Positions 40,439 through 52,129 of a stretch of 64,000 nt of DNA are shown here, piece by piece. The DNA comes from Candidatus Poribacteria bacterium. Its GTDB lineage: Bacteria > Poribacteria > WGA-4E > PCPOR2b. Position numbers and translations under genes: made by a program. The notes under the pieces were generated by a model. It ran no database searches. It was given only the letters and a program-made list of their open reading frames with translations, and was not told where the DNA came from. Each line of letters begins with the position of its first letter. The first letter of the stretch is position 1. The stretch is from contig OZ240245.1 of assembly GCA_965198175.1 (NCBI GenBank), positions 1,312,001-1,376,000 on the forward strand. The letters are read 5' to 3'.

Positions 40439-41455
40439 TTATTCGTCCTGGCTGACCTGCTTGATCCAGCCCCAGGTCAAGACTTGTCTCTTGAGCGGTG
40501 AAACGGAGAACGGCACCACTGAATTAGGGTCGAGCCAGGATGGGGAACGGTTCTGCGTGCCTAAAACCGGAAGATCTTCCCATTTGAGATTGCCGTTTGC
40601 AGGGTGTATGCGGATGAATATCGGGTCAACCGAAAAGTTCATGGCAGCGATGAGTGTGCCAGCCGGCGACCAGCTAGGTTCCCTATTTCGGGCTCTGCGC
40701 CCCTTTGGGTCCTTGAGTTCAGTGACCTGCACTATATTCTCGCCATCGGCATCCATCGTCCATATTTCCGCAGCCCCATCTTGACGAGAGGTCCAGGCGA
40801 TTTTTTGACCGTCCCACGACCATCTGGGGTTCAGATCTTCGCCGCGAGTTTTGGTGAGATTTTGCAGGTTATCCCCATTTGCATCCATCACCCAGATGTC
40901 TCCAAGGGTCTTCCCTCGTATGGAGCAAAAGGCAATCTTCCGACCGTCCCGCGACCAGTCGGGGTGCCGGTCCTTGGCGGGATCATTTGTGAGATTCTTC
41001 AGGTTCTGTCCGGCTAGATTCATCGTGTAGATTTCATAGTTTCCGTCCCGATTGCTCATGAAGGCTATCCTTTGACCGCCAGGGTGCCAGGTCGGCCAGC
41101 CATCTTCCGCCTCGTGGTTGGTGAGCCTTCTGAGCTTCTGCCCGTCAGCGTCCACACTGTAGATGTCTCCACCGCCGTCCCAATTCTTGTCGATATTCGA
41201 ATGGAACACAATCTTATTGCCGTCCGGAGACCACACTATGCCACCTGGTATGGTGTCAAACTCTAGGATGAGGCGTGCATTTTTCCCATCTTTGGCGTCC
41301 ATCAACCAAAGACCAGCAACATTATCCGGGTTAGAGGAGAACGCGATAGTTGGTACCTCAGGAGCTTGTGCCAGAGCGTGCATTAGAAGCGCGGTGCTGT
41401 GCAAAAGCAAAACACCGATGTATACAAAACGCATGAATGTCTTCAGTATTTGCAT
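40439..41455 (-). CDS. Secreted TolB-like PD40 beta-propeller with C-terminal TWG tail (paralog of 20189-21187)
   Basis: Signal peptide ..ALA-QAPEVPTIAF; WSPDG/WSRDG repeats; ends FSVSPLKRQVLTWGWIKQVSQDE; start at ATG 41455 with GAGGTG. Confidence 0.85.
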   Translation of the reverse strand: MQILKTFMRFVYIGVLLLHSTALLMHALAQAPEVPTIAFSSNPDNVAGLWLMDAKDGKNARLILEFDTIPGGIVWSPDGNKIVFHSNIDKNWDGGGDIYSVDADGQKLRRLTNHEAEDGWPTWHPGGQRIAFMSNRDGNYEIYTMNLAGQNLKNLTNDPAKDRHPDWSRDGRKIAFCSIRGKTLGDIWVMDANGDNLQNLTKTRGEDLNPRWSWDGQKIAWTSRQDGAAEIWTMDADGENIVQVTELKDPKGRRARNREPSWSPAGTLIAAMNFSVDPIFIRIHPANGNLKWEDLPVLGTQNRSPSWLDPNSVVPFSVSPLKRQVLTWGWIKQVSQDE

Positions 41456-41577
41456 GGTTATCACCTCATTATATTGTGTTGAAAAACCACGGCAGACGCC
41501 GTTTATCTTACTTTCGTGCGATACCCGCCGAAAACTATCCGTAACAGGCGATACCGACGGACGAGACTGCCCGTTCA

Positions 41578-41603
41578 GTAGGGGCGGGTCTCGTGTTCGC
41601 CCT
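41578..41603 (+). repeat. GTAG-type REP palindrome
   Basis: GTAG-GGGCGGG-tctcgtg-TTCGCCC (G-T pairs allowed). Confidence 0.55.
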
Positions 41604-41653
41604 TTGTGCGGAGGCGGATACAAGATTCATCCTCCATGTTGATTGTCACAATT

Positions 41654-42110
41654 CATTGGGAGGTATCAAACGTACCACGCCCCTCAATCAACGGATATTT
41701 GATGAGAATTTCCTCGTCTACTTCGATGCCGATCCCCGGTCGCTCGAGTGGGCAGACGCAACTGTCGGAGTCCAGCGTGCACGGCGTGCTCATAAGCCGG
41801 GCGCAGAACAAGCTGCCCTGCGACGCATCACCCTCGAAATACCCACTGTTGTCGATGGCGGGAGGAAATGGATGGTCGTGGTCATGTTGAGCACCGTCAT
41901 GGACGTGTGTGGGTGAATCGGCAGCTTACAAGCAGAGGCTATTCCCGCAATGCGGAGTGCTTCAGTGGGACTTCCGGTCTTCGACAAATCTGGCTGGTGA
42001 ATTCAAATGTAACCATCCTTGATCGGGCGCGAGAACTCGAAGCGGGTTTAGTGGTCCTCTCCGGCTGCCAGCGGGAATGAGGTCGGGTACGCTTTCACCT
42101 CAACAATCCA
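41654..42110 (-). pseudogene. C-terminal remnant of a mandelate racemase/enolase-superfamily enzyme
   Basis: Across frames: PLAAGENH, QPDLSKTG, EALRIA, PHTSMT, GYFEGD, ERPGIGIEVDE; stops and frameshifts; 5' half absent. Confidence 0.65.
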
Positions 42111-42277
42111 CCCAACATCTGTCATGAGACTGCTCTGTGAAATAAATTATACTAATGTAGATTAAAACGACATTTTTCAAATCCCTCTTTTCCAAAGGGG
42201 ACAGGGAAGATTTCGCCTCACGTGCTGTGGCAGTGCACCTCTGTCTCGAAATCTACCATTATGAACTGAAAACGGTA

Positions 42278-43210
42278 TTAAAACTTGTGGAACCCCGCAG
42301 GCATCCGGGAAGGGGAATAGCCCATTGGCCACTTCCCACCGCCCAAGAACGCAGGGAACTCGCTCGCCTTCCCGCATACCCAGAAAAACATCTCCGCGGC
42401 ATCATACCAGTCCTGATGCTGTTGCCGGGGAGGCTGGGAAGAGGAACCGTTCACGCTGTATGGGGCAGTCTCCAACTCAAAGTCCGGTTCGGAAATCCAA
42501 TCCCGTGTGGGCGGCGTTGTCCGCCAGTAGCAGTATTTCAACATATGGCGGGTGCCATGGGCAGTGGACGCCGAACGACGATGCCATATCGAATAGACCG
42601 TTATGAATATCGAGCCGGCGGGCGCAGCGGTTTTGACCGCACCGCGAATATTACCGTAGTGAGACATCCAGCTTTGCGCGGCGAAGAAGAAATGGGAACC
42701 TGGTACTACCTCCGTCGGTCCAAGTTCCACGGGGGTATTCTGCGGATAATAGAACACCTGTAGGTGATTGAGTTCCGGACCGTAGCGCGAGGCGCCGTCC
42801 CGATGCCAAACCTGAGACGGGGCAGGACACTCGACTCGATGATTGTTCGGCAAAGCGGGAAGTCCAAAATTTTTCCCCAGCAGTGACCGCACCGCCCCCA
42901 CCGCCTGTGGGTTAAGAATCACGTTCTCGACAAACCAGTCCTCCTGAGGCAAGCGCAACTCGTATCTGCTCCGCCTCTCGTTAGATTTAGATTTTATTGA
43001 AATAACGGGTTCGCCCTTGTGCGCCTCAATGTACGCACACACTCGCCGGTTGAACTCGTTTGGAACAACCCCCTCTAGTACCAAGAAGCCCTGTTTGCAG
43101 AACTCCAGCACCTCGGTATCCGTCAGCGTGGGGTCACAGTCATATGTTTTCATTGATGGGTAATCCTTGATTGCAAGTTTGACTTCACGTTCAGTGGCTT
43201 TAGTCTCCAA
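42278..43210 (-). CDS. PhyH family dioxygenase (paralog of 13433-14266)
   Basis: WHRDG, LQVFYYPQN, GPTEVVPGSH, YSIWHRR. Confidence 0.85.
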   Translation of the reverse strand: METKATEREVKLAIKDYPSMKTYDCDPTLTDTEVLEFCKQGFLVLEGVVPNEFNRRVCAYIEAHKGEPVISIKSKSNERRSRYELRLPQEDWFVENVILNPQAVGAVRSLLGKNFGLPALPNNHRVECPAPSQVWHRDGASRYGPELNHLQVFYYPQNTPVELGPTEVVPGSHFFFAAQSWMSHYGNIRGAVKTAAPAGSIFITVYSIWHRRSASTAHGTRHMLKYCYWRTTPPTRDWISEPDFELETAPYSVNGSSSQPPRQQHQDWYDAAEMFFWVCGKASEFPAFLGGGKWPMGYSPSRMPAGFHKF

Positions 43211-43447
43211 TTACTGCCCAGTGGTTGAAAACATAGGATAGCGTGGGCTACAGGAAAAAGGCACCACTGAAATCTACCTATGGCGTCAATGGCCCTCCCG
43301 CTTGACCAGCAAATCACCCTTGTGGGGTTCAAAAAAGACCTGGCTTTTGTTGTTTATAGCCAGCCATTTTCTCCCCCTGGATGACCGAATATGCGCCGTT
43401 TGTTTTTATCCCCAAGTATTCAAACAATCATCTCATGGGCAGAAAGT

Positions 43448-43585
43448 CTAGGTACATGCATATAGCGCCAGTCCCCGTCTCTGTCGGTGCATAACTTTTC
43501 CCCTTGATCCCCTATCACCCTTACACGCTTCTATCTTTCCTGTCTTCTTTACATTGATCTTTAAACGTATATTGCGCAATTCCAT
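43448..43585 (-). CDS. Putative 45-aa basic small protein (below the ORF track cutoff)
   Basis: MELRNIRLKINVKKTGKIEACKGDRGSRGKVMHRQRRGLALYACT; GAGAGGTG RBS; own promoter at 43619-43647. Confidence 0.4.
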   Translation of the reverse strand: MELRNIRLKINVKKTGKIEACKGDRGSRGKVMHRQRRGLALYACT

Positions 43586-43618
43586 AGCACCTCTCAATTT
43601 TCCGGTTTAATCTGCCTC

Positions 43619-43687
43619 ACTTTAGCAAACAGGCGCCAATTTGTCAAGAAAAATGAGTTGACGAGAAAAAGAGGTGAGGTGTATAAT
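43619..43687. promoter_or_regulatory. Back-to-back sigma70 promoters
   Basis: Minus: TTGACA-N17-TAAAGT with TGn extended -10 (43647-43619). Plus: TTGACG-N18-TATAAT (43658-43687). Confidence 0.55.
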
Positions 43688-43887
43688 GGGCGTCAGTTCG
43701 GTGTCCGTCTATGGAACTGGATTCCATTTGATAGTCATTGTTCATTGCCAATGCCGGTAATCACCTAAAGACGCGACACGGGCCACGTGCTATCTTGGTA
43801 GGGTCCGTTGCTTTTTTCGTTACAGTAGCATAGTTTGGTCCACAGAACTGTTGGCTAATCATCTGTCAGGTAGAAAAGAGAAATAAA

Positions 43888-44135
43888 TGACATACAACAC
43901 GCAAGACTTCAAGATTCCAGTCCAGTCTGACGACTACGCTGATTGCTCTCGATTGGTAACCACGGCAATTTAGGGAATCGTCGAGGAGGCGATTGACCAG
44001 GGAAAAACAAGATTTTCATCAATACCAACCTGATGCTCGGGCTCCCGATGGAGAATATCAATAAGATCGCCGCACCGTTTGTCAAAGCATGGGTTGCCCA
44101 AACTTTCTATCATGTTCTTGAAGACAAGAACAACA
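43888..44135 (+). pseudogene. N-terminal remnant of an unknown gene (possibly restriction endonuclease-like)
   Basis: MTYNTQDFKIPVQSDDY..*..IFINTNLMLGLPMENINKIAAPFVKAW with a stop and a frameshift; abuts the PhyH remnant. Confidence 0.35.
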
Positions 44136-45122
44136 GCGCCAGAACATCACAGATACCTATTGGAGTTGCAGTTTCTGCGTGTTTGAAGGGGTATTGAGCG
44201 CGGAGGAACTCAAAGACCTGAAGACAGACTTAGCGCACGTGTTCGACCGTGCACCATACACCAAGGATGCACAAGTTGATGTAAAAGGCCGATCTGCTGT
44301 CGAGGCTGAATTTCCGTGGCTGACGTTCAATTTTGCCAGGCCGTTGAGCGACCCGTCAAAAAAAACAATGGCCGCCACCCTGCTAAGATGAGCGAGCCCT
44401 TGCCTCCCGCCGACGCCCCAGGTTTTGTGATTTCCTCGATTGCAGGCCCCCTACAGATTATGGATGCCTGCCTAAGGCTCTACGTCCACCCGCAGCTGCT
44501 TTCCATCGCAGAACAGATTAACGGCCTCAATTTGACCCCCTTTGCCGAGTCAATCATTGTCAAGCCAGCGGGGTTAGGCATATCTGTGGCTTGGCACCAG
44601 GATGGAACCAAACAGTGGGACAAGCCCGACTGGAACCGGGGGACGCACGGGTTCGATTTCATGGCTCAGCTGTACAGAAGCACGGGTCAACGGGGTCTGG
44701 GTGTTACCCGGATCGCACAAACAGGGCATAGTCGACATCAAGGCAATGATAGAGGCCAACAAGGGCTCAGGCGGTCAACCGATGGTGAGTGAGCCCGGGG
44801 CGTAATCATCTCCAACCGACAAGTCCTGCGCGGCTCTTTCGCCAACACCTCGCCGGACAAGCGGGTGACATTCAACTTCGGGTTCCACCGCCGCTCATCG
44901 GTACTCGGTGTTCGAAGGAAGTATTATGACCGGGAAGTGCTGTCCGGCGAAGCGCTCATGTTTGAAAGGTCCCGTTTGATTGCCCCGGCCATTGATGCCA
45001 GGTAGCACGTTTTCCCACGAGCCCGCGATACGTTTATCAGCTGTTGGTTGGGCAGGAGGACGCCAATCGGTGGAACGAAGTCGTGTGAGAAAGCATCCTG
45101 AAAGACTGCAACCTCAAGAACC
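44136..45122 (+). pseudogene. Frameshifted PhyH family dioxygenase
   Basis: VFEGVLSAEEL, YVHPQLL, SVAWHQDG, NGVWVLPGSHK, NTSPDKRVTFNFGFH spread over several frames. Confidence 0.75.
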
Positions 45123-45589
45123 TTGTCCCCGTTCCAGAGGAGGCTGACGTGAAGCTCGCCCTCCATCCCGACAATCCGCCCGTGCCGTCGATCGGCGGTG
45201 TGACGCGAATCATGCGTAGCCCAGCGGCGTTCAGGTGCGTCCTCGAACCGGAGCCGATCGAGAATCACGACGTCGATTTTTGCCAGAGATGCTTCGGCGA
45301 AATGGGGGCAGATGTCCCCGATGAGGTCCGCAACTTCGGCAGCCGTGGCAAGATCTTCTTTGTCGATTTCCGAAAGTGAAGGGTAACACCGAGCAGTTCG
45401 CCGAGACGTTTCCCGACAATGGTGATGTGGACATATAAGAATGTATGAAGGCGTATGGAGAAATCGGTTTAGACGGGCCGACGTGTCCGAATCACACCCT
45501 CAAGATTGTCGGCGACAGCGGCTGGGGGCACCGCTACTGGTCCTATCCTATCGGCTACACACGGGTCTGGCTCAGGAAATCGGTATCTG
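45123..45589 (+). pseudogene. uxuA: C-terminal remnant of mannonate dehydratase (UxuA-like)
   Basis: LVPVPEEADVKLALHPDNPP, DFCQRCF, KIFFVDFR, FAETFPDNGDVD, YPIGY; frameshifted and 5'-truncated. Confidence 0.65.
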
Positions 45590-45716
45590 AATTGGCGGTT
45601 CCAATTAACAGCATTTGTGGGGGCTGGGTCCCAATGAATTGGAGGGTTGCCCCTACGCTAAGGCGCCAATGCGCCGTTTGAAGCTCGCAGTCAAATGTAA
45701 CCTAATTCCTACTATC

Positions 45717-47618
45717 ATGCTGACCAAGACAAAATCTGCAAAGTCTGATGTGACCATCAAATCCATCATCATCGGGTTGATTCTCGTTGGAATCAATGCC
45801 TACTGGTTAAGCATCACCAGTCAGTTGTGGGGTTCACACCCGAACTTGATGAATCCCTTTACCAACGTAGTTTCCAGCATCGTTCCCTTTATTTTGTTGA
45901 ACTTCTTATTCTTCAAAGCTTTCAATAGGACTCTATTTTCACGTGTGGAACTGTTGGTGATTTACATTATGGCTACTATGGTGACCACCGTGTCGGGGCA
46001 CGCATTTATAGAGGTCCTGATATCGGCGATGGGACATCCCTTCTGGTTTGCATCGCCTGAAAACGAGTGGGAACAACTCTTCTGGCGGTTTATTCCGTCG
46101 TGGTTCACCGTGCGGGATCCGTCTATTATCAGAGGGTATGTTGAAGGGGAATCGTCGATATTCATCGGCAAACATCTTCGGGCATGGCTTATCCCGGTGT
46201 TGGCATGGTCGGCGTTTATCTTCGTGCTGCTGCTCGCCCTGCTGTGCATTAACACCATCCTCCGAAAGCAATGGACAGAACGTGAGAAACTCAGTTACCC
46301 GCTCATTGAACTGCCGCTGGCGATGACTCAGGACAATTTCCAGTTTTTTCGTTCAAAAATGATGTGGGTTGGGTTTAGCATCGCAGCAAGTGTCCGGATG
46401 CTCAATGGCTTTCATAGTTTGTACCCCATCGTTCCTGCCGTACCGAACGGCTATGCCATTGGGTCGTATTCCATGGAACCGTGGAGCGCCATCGGCTACA
46501 CGTTCTTTTCCTTTAGGTTGTCAATGGTGGGTCTAATGTACTTCATGCCGCTTGACCTATTGTTTTCTTGCTGGGTTTTTTATTGGGTGGGGAAAGCAGA
46601 ACACCTCGTCGCCGGTATTTATGGATGGCGCGAACTTCATCTCAACGAGCGTTCTGCGGGAGGCTGGATTGCCATGGGGCTAATTGCCATCTGGATCAGC
46701 CGTCGGTATCTCATCACTGTCGCCAAGCATGTCATCAGCGGAGGGTCGCAGTTGGATGAGTCGCGGGAGCCGATGCGATATCGCACCGCAGTCATCCTAC
46801 TAATAGCAAGTTTCGTATTTCTGTTTTTATTCTGTTATCAAGCAGGCATGTCGCCGTGGGCCATCGCCGTGTTTTACTTTCTGTTTTTCGTGATGGGCCT
46901 TGGACTGACACGCGTCCGGGCGGAATTGGGGCCGCCATACCATGAGGTAATTTTTGTCAATCCACGGCAGGTGATGACTCAAGTATTTGGTTCAAAACGT
47001 CTGGGTGGCGCTAACCTGATGGGGCTCACATTTCTGTATGCCTTCAATCGATGTAACCGCTCCCACCCGATGCCGAATCAACTAGAATCGCTGAAAATCG
47101 GCGAACAGTCGAATATGAACCCTTCGAAATTGTTTTTTGCAATGGTTCTGGCGGTAGTTGTCGGCACGGTGGCGGCATTTGTGTCATACTACCAGATTGG
47201 GTATAAACATGGCTTATCCGGTCGGGGCTATCTCGACTTTTTAGGATGGGAGTGCTTCAACCCCCTTCAATCGTGGCTGCAATTTCCCAGGCCTACCAAC
47301 TGGACAAGTGTGGGGTTTATGACCGGTGGGTTTGGGTTTGTGTTGCTGCTGATGGCTATGCGTCAGCTGTTCTTCTGGTGGCCATTACATCCAGCAGGAT
47401 ACGTTTTACTTGGCGGCACATGGGGCGGTATGATTCCCTATTGGTTTCCGGCCTTTGTCAGTTGGTCAATAAAAGCAGTGCTGCTGAGATTTGGGGGGAT
47501 AGGCGGCTACCGGAACGCTGCCCCGCTGTTTTTGGGGTTGGCATTGGGCGATCAAGGGTTATGGGGGGTATGGAGCATTGTCAGTCTTGTTTTGCAGGTC
47601 AGGATACCCCTAGTATAA
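45717..47618 (+). CDS. DUF6785/DUF6784-like polytopic membrane protein (third, distant paralog)
   Basis: QWTEREKLSYPL, RVRAELGPP, HPMPNQLE, WWPLHPAGY, LRFGG, GLALGD; start uncertain (ORF opens at 45615). Confidence 0.75.
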   Translation: MLTKTKSAKSDVTIKSIIIGLILVGINAYWLSITSQLWGSHPNLMNPFTNVVSSIVPFILLNFLFFKAFNRTLFSRVELLVIYIMATMVTTVSGHAFIEVLISAMGHPFWFASPENEWEQLFWRFIPSWFTVRDPSIIRGYVEGESSIFIGKHLRAWLIPVLAWSAFIFVLLLALLCINTILRKQWTEREKLSYPLIELPLAMTQDNFQFFRSKMMWVGFSIAASVRMLNGFHSLYPIVPAVPNGYAIGSYSMEPWSAIGYTFFSFRLSMVGLMYFMPLDLLFSCWVFYWVGKAEHLVAGIYGWRELHLNERSAGGWIAMGLIAIWISRRYLITVAKHVISGGSQLDESREPMRYRTAVILLIASFVFLFLFCYQAGMSPWAIAVFYFLFFVMGLGLTRVRAELGPPYHEVIFVNPRQVMTQVFGSKRLGGANLMGLTFLYAFNRCNRSHPMPNQLESLKIGEQSNMNPSKLFFAMVLAVVVGTVAAFVSYYQIGYKHGLSGRGYLDFLGWECFNPLQSWLQFPRPTNWTSVGFMTGGFGFVLLLMAMRQLFFWWPLHPAGYVLLGGTWGGMIPYWFPAFVSWSIKAVLLRFGGIGGYRNAAPLFLGLALGDQGLWGVWSIVSLVLQVRIPLV

Positions 47619-47854
47619 CATCAGCCATTATGCGGCAATCGTCATGCAACAATGAGATACCCCAAACTCGCGAAGCATGTCGGTTCGCGTTTGTGGAAAG
47701 CGTGGGGGAGATTGAGTTCTGTTTTGATTAACAATTCGATAGACGAACGTTATAATACTGAATAACCCAAGCTCCAACGCCGGAGCGTAAATGTTATTTT
47801 ACTTTACCTCCACATCCTGTACAAATACAAAGTAGGCATTACGAATGCCGATAC

Positions 47855-49687
47855 CTAATACGTCTCATGTTCTCGTTGGCTCAGATGTTTTCGGATACTA
47901 TTGGCTACGTTACGGGGAATTCCTTTGACAGCGAGTAATTCATCCAAACTGGCTTGACGGACCTTTTCAACGGATCCAAAGTGCTGGAGTAATCTCTGTT
48001 TCCGTTTGGAACCGATGTTGGGAATTTCGTCAAGGATGGAGTGGCTAATTGTCCGGCTGCGGAGTTTGTGATGATAGGAGATGGCAAACCGGTGTGCTTC
48101 GTCACGTAGACGCTGAATGAGGTGGAGCGTTGGATTATCACGTCGAAGAATAATTGCATCCGGGCGGTCAGGTAAAAAGATATGCTCAAATCTTTTGGCA
48201 AGCCCGATAATTGGAAGATGGGCGAGCTCGAGGGATTCCAGCGCTTCGCAAGCGGCACTTAGCTGCCCCTTGCCGCCATCGACCAAAATGAGGTCCGGAA
48301 AGCGGTTTTCCTCAATTGCACGACGGAATCGGCGGGTAACCACCTCTTTCATCATGGCGAAGTCATTCTGTCCTTCTACGGTGCGAATCTTGAAGCGTCG
48401 GTACTCGGATTTCGCAGGTTCACCGTCCTCCATAACAACCATTGACCCCACTGCGAATCGATCGCCGAGATTGGAGATGTCAAATCCGTCGATTCGTTGA
48501 GGCGGACGACTTAGATTCAACAACTCTTGCAATTCAATCAGCGCAGGATTATCCCCAGCTTTAAGCACAACCATCTGATCTTTTTGTTCAAGAATCAAGC
48601 TCGCGTTCTTCGACGCCATCTCCACTAGCTGACGCTTGCGCCCTTTCTGGGGTATGTGCACTGTCACGCGACTTTCCCGTTTCTCAGAAAGCCAGTTTTG
48701 AATGGTTTCCAGCATCTTGATTTCGCCAGGCAATATGACGGTTTTGGGGATGAAGGAAGCATCTTGATAGTATTGTTGCACAAAAGCGGTCAATGATTCA
48801 CGCCTCGATTCAAGCTGAACATCGGTCAGAAAGTAATGTTCGCGCTCGATTAGCTTTCCATCGCGTACCATCAGCAACTGAACGCACGCCTCATCACCTT
48901 TGCAGGCGATGCCAATTACGTCCTCATCCTCTGCAGACAGGTTATCAAGATGCTGTTTGGCAATGCCCTGGTTAACAATTTCGATCTGGTCTCTGTATCT
49001 CGCCGCCCCTTCAAAGTCAAGATTGGCAGCAGCTTTCTGCATCTTCTCCGCAAGTTCATGAATTATGTGTTCTGTGTTTCCACTAAGGAATCGGCGGACG
49101 TTTTTCACAATCTGGGCATAATCCTCAGTGCTGATAAGGTCCGCGCACGGTCCGGGACAGCGTTTGATATGATAATCTAGACAGACGCGATAATCATTCC
49201 CCGATTCCTTCAAATTCAAACCGCAGGTGCGGACAGGAAATGCCTTCGTGAGTTGCTTTACTGTGAGGCGTGTTGCACGGGTATGCACGAATGGGCCGAA
49301 ATACTTTGCTCCATCGTTTTCGATTCGGCGGGTGATGTAAAGGCCCGCAAAAGGCTCATTGACCGTAAGCTTCAAGTAGGGATATCGTTTATCGTCCTTT
49401 AGCTTGACATTGTAGCGGGGTTGGTGTTCCTTGATAAGGTTATTCTCCAAGATTAGCGCTTCAATGTAGGTCGCGGTGAGGACATAGTCAACATTGTGGA
49501 CATAGCGCAACATCGGCTCGGTCAGAGCATGAGGTGAGGCGCTGCTTTGAAAATACGATCTAACACGTTGGTGCAGGGATGTCGCCTTGCCGACGTACAG
49601 AATCTTCCCTTCGGCATCTTTCATCAGGTAGACACCGGAGTTGGTGGGAAGATTTGCGAGTTTGTCTTTAAGTCGCTGGTTCATCAT
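47855..49687 (-). CDS. uvrC: Excinuclease ABC subunit C
   Basis: GVYLMK..LYVGKA, LKDDKRYPY, FDISN, PDLILVDGGKGQL, RDEAHRFA, C-terminal HhH. Confidence 0.95.
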   Translation of the reverse strand: MMNQRLKDKLANLPTNSGVYLMKDAEGKILYVGKATSLHQRVRSYFQSSASPHALTEPMLRYVHNVDYVLTATYIEALILENNLIKEHQPRYNVKLKDDKRYPYLKLTVNEPFAGLYITRRIENDGAKYFGPFVHTRATRLTVKQLTKAFPVRTCGLNLKESGNDYRVCLDYHIKRCPGPCADLISTEDYAQIVKNVRRFLSGNTEHIIHELAEKMQKAAANLDFEGAARYRDQIEIVNQGIAKQHLDNLSAEDEDVIGIACKGDEACVQLLMVRDGKLIEREHYFLTDVQLESRRESLTAFVQQYYQDASFIPKTVILPGEIKMLETIQNWLSEKRESRVTVHIPQKGRKRQLVEMASKNASLILEQKDQMVVLKAGDNPALIELQELLNLSRPPQRIDGFDISNLGDRFAVGSMVVMEDGEPAKSEYRRFKIRTVEGQNDFAMMKEVVTRRFRRAIEENRFPDLILVDGGKGQLSAACEALESLELAHLPIIGLAKRFEHIFLPDRPDAIILRRDNPTLHLIQRLRDEAHRFAISYHHKLRSRTISHSILDEIPNIGSKRKQRLLQHFGSVEKVRQASLDELLAVKGIPRNVANSIRKHLSQREHETY

Positions 49688-50002
49688 CGCTTCGTTGAAC
49701 CGATTGGATTGGGTTATAATCCCAGTTTGCGTTTCAAATAGTAAAATTTTTGGGGTTGCCTAATAAACGTGGAAGCCTCTAAAGAGGGGTTAAACCTGTT
49801 TGAATCTTCACCCCAATAGTTCTATGGATGTTCCGAAAGAGTCATCGGCACACATCCCTATCTATTTTATGATGCCACAAAACGTACATTTTATCAAGTT
49901 GTATGATACTGTTTTGTTAAATAGACAAGTAGTTAAATCCTGGTGAAGCTGCTAGAGGATCGAACCACCCCAACCGAAAATCGGCGGATCTCGGGAAGCC
50001 TG

Positions 50003-50046
50003 AAAAAAAAAGGGGAGCGGAACACAAGTTGTGCGTCGCTCCCCTT
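50003..50046 (-). terminator. Intrinsic terminator of groESL
   Basis: AAGGGGAGCG..CGCTCCCCTT hairpin followed by a T run on the minus strand. Confidence 0.8.
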
Positions 50047-50074
50047 ACTCGTTTCGTGTCTTTTCTATGCGTAT

Positions 50075-52019
<1,945 letters not shown>

Positions 52020-52113
52020 TTCGTCTTCTCCTCTCTTTAACATTTTAGATAGATGATTCATACAATAGATAAATGGATAAATGTTAAATTATCCAAACTG
52101 GTTATGTTTACAA

Positions 52114-52129
52114 CGCAAGAAATATGCCA
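52114..52129 (-). promoter_or_regulatory. sigma54 (-24/-12) promoter upstream of groES
   Basis: Minus strand TGGCATATTTCTTGCG, GG-N10-GC, about 95 nt upstream of the groES ATG. Confidence 0.65.

Noticed and set aside
43623..43639. sigma54-like TGGCGCCTGTTTGCT upstream of the small ORF
   Set aside because: GG-to-GC spacing is 9, not 10; better explained as the spacer of a sigma70 promoter.
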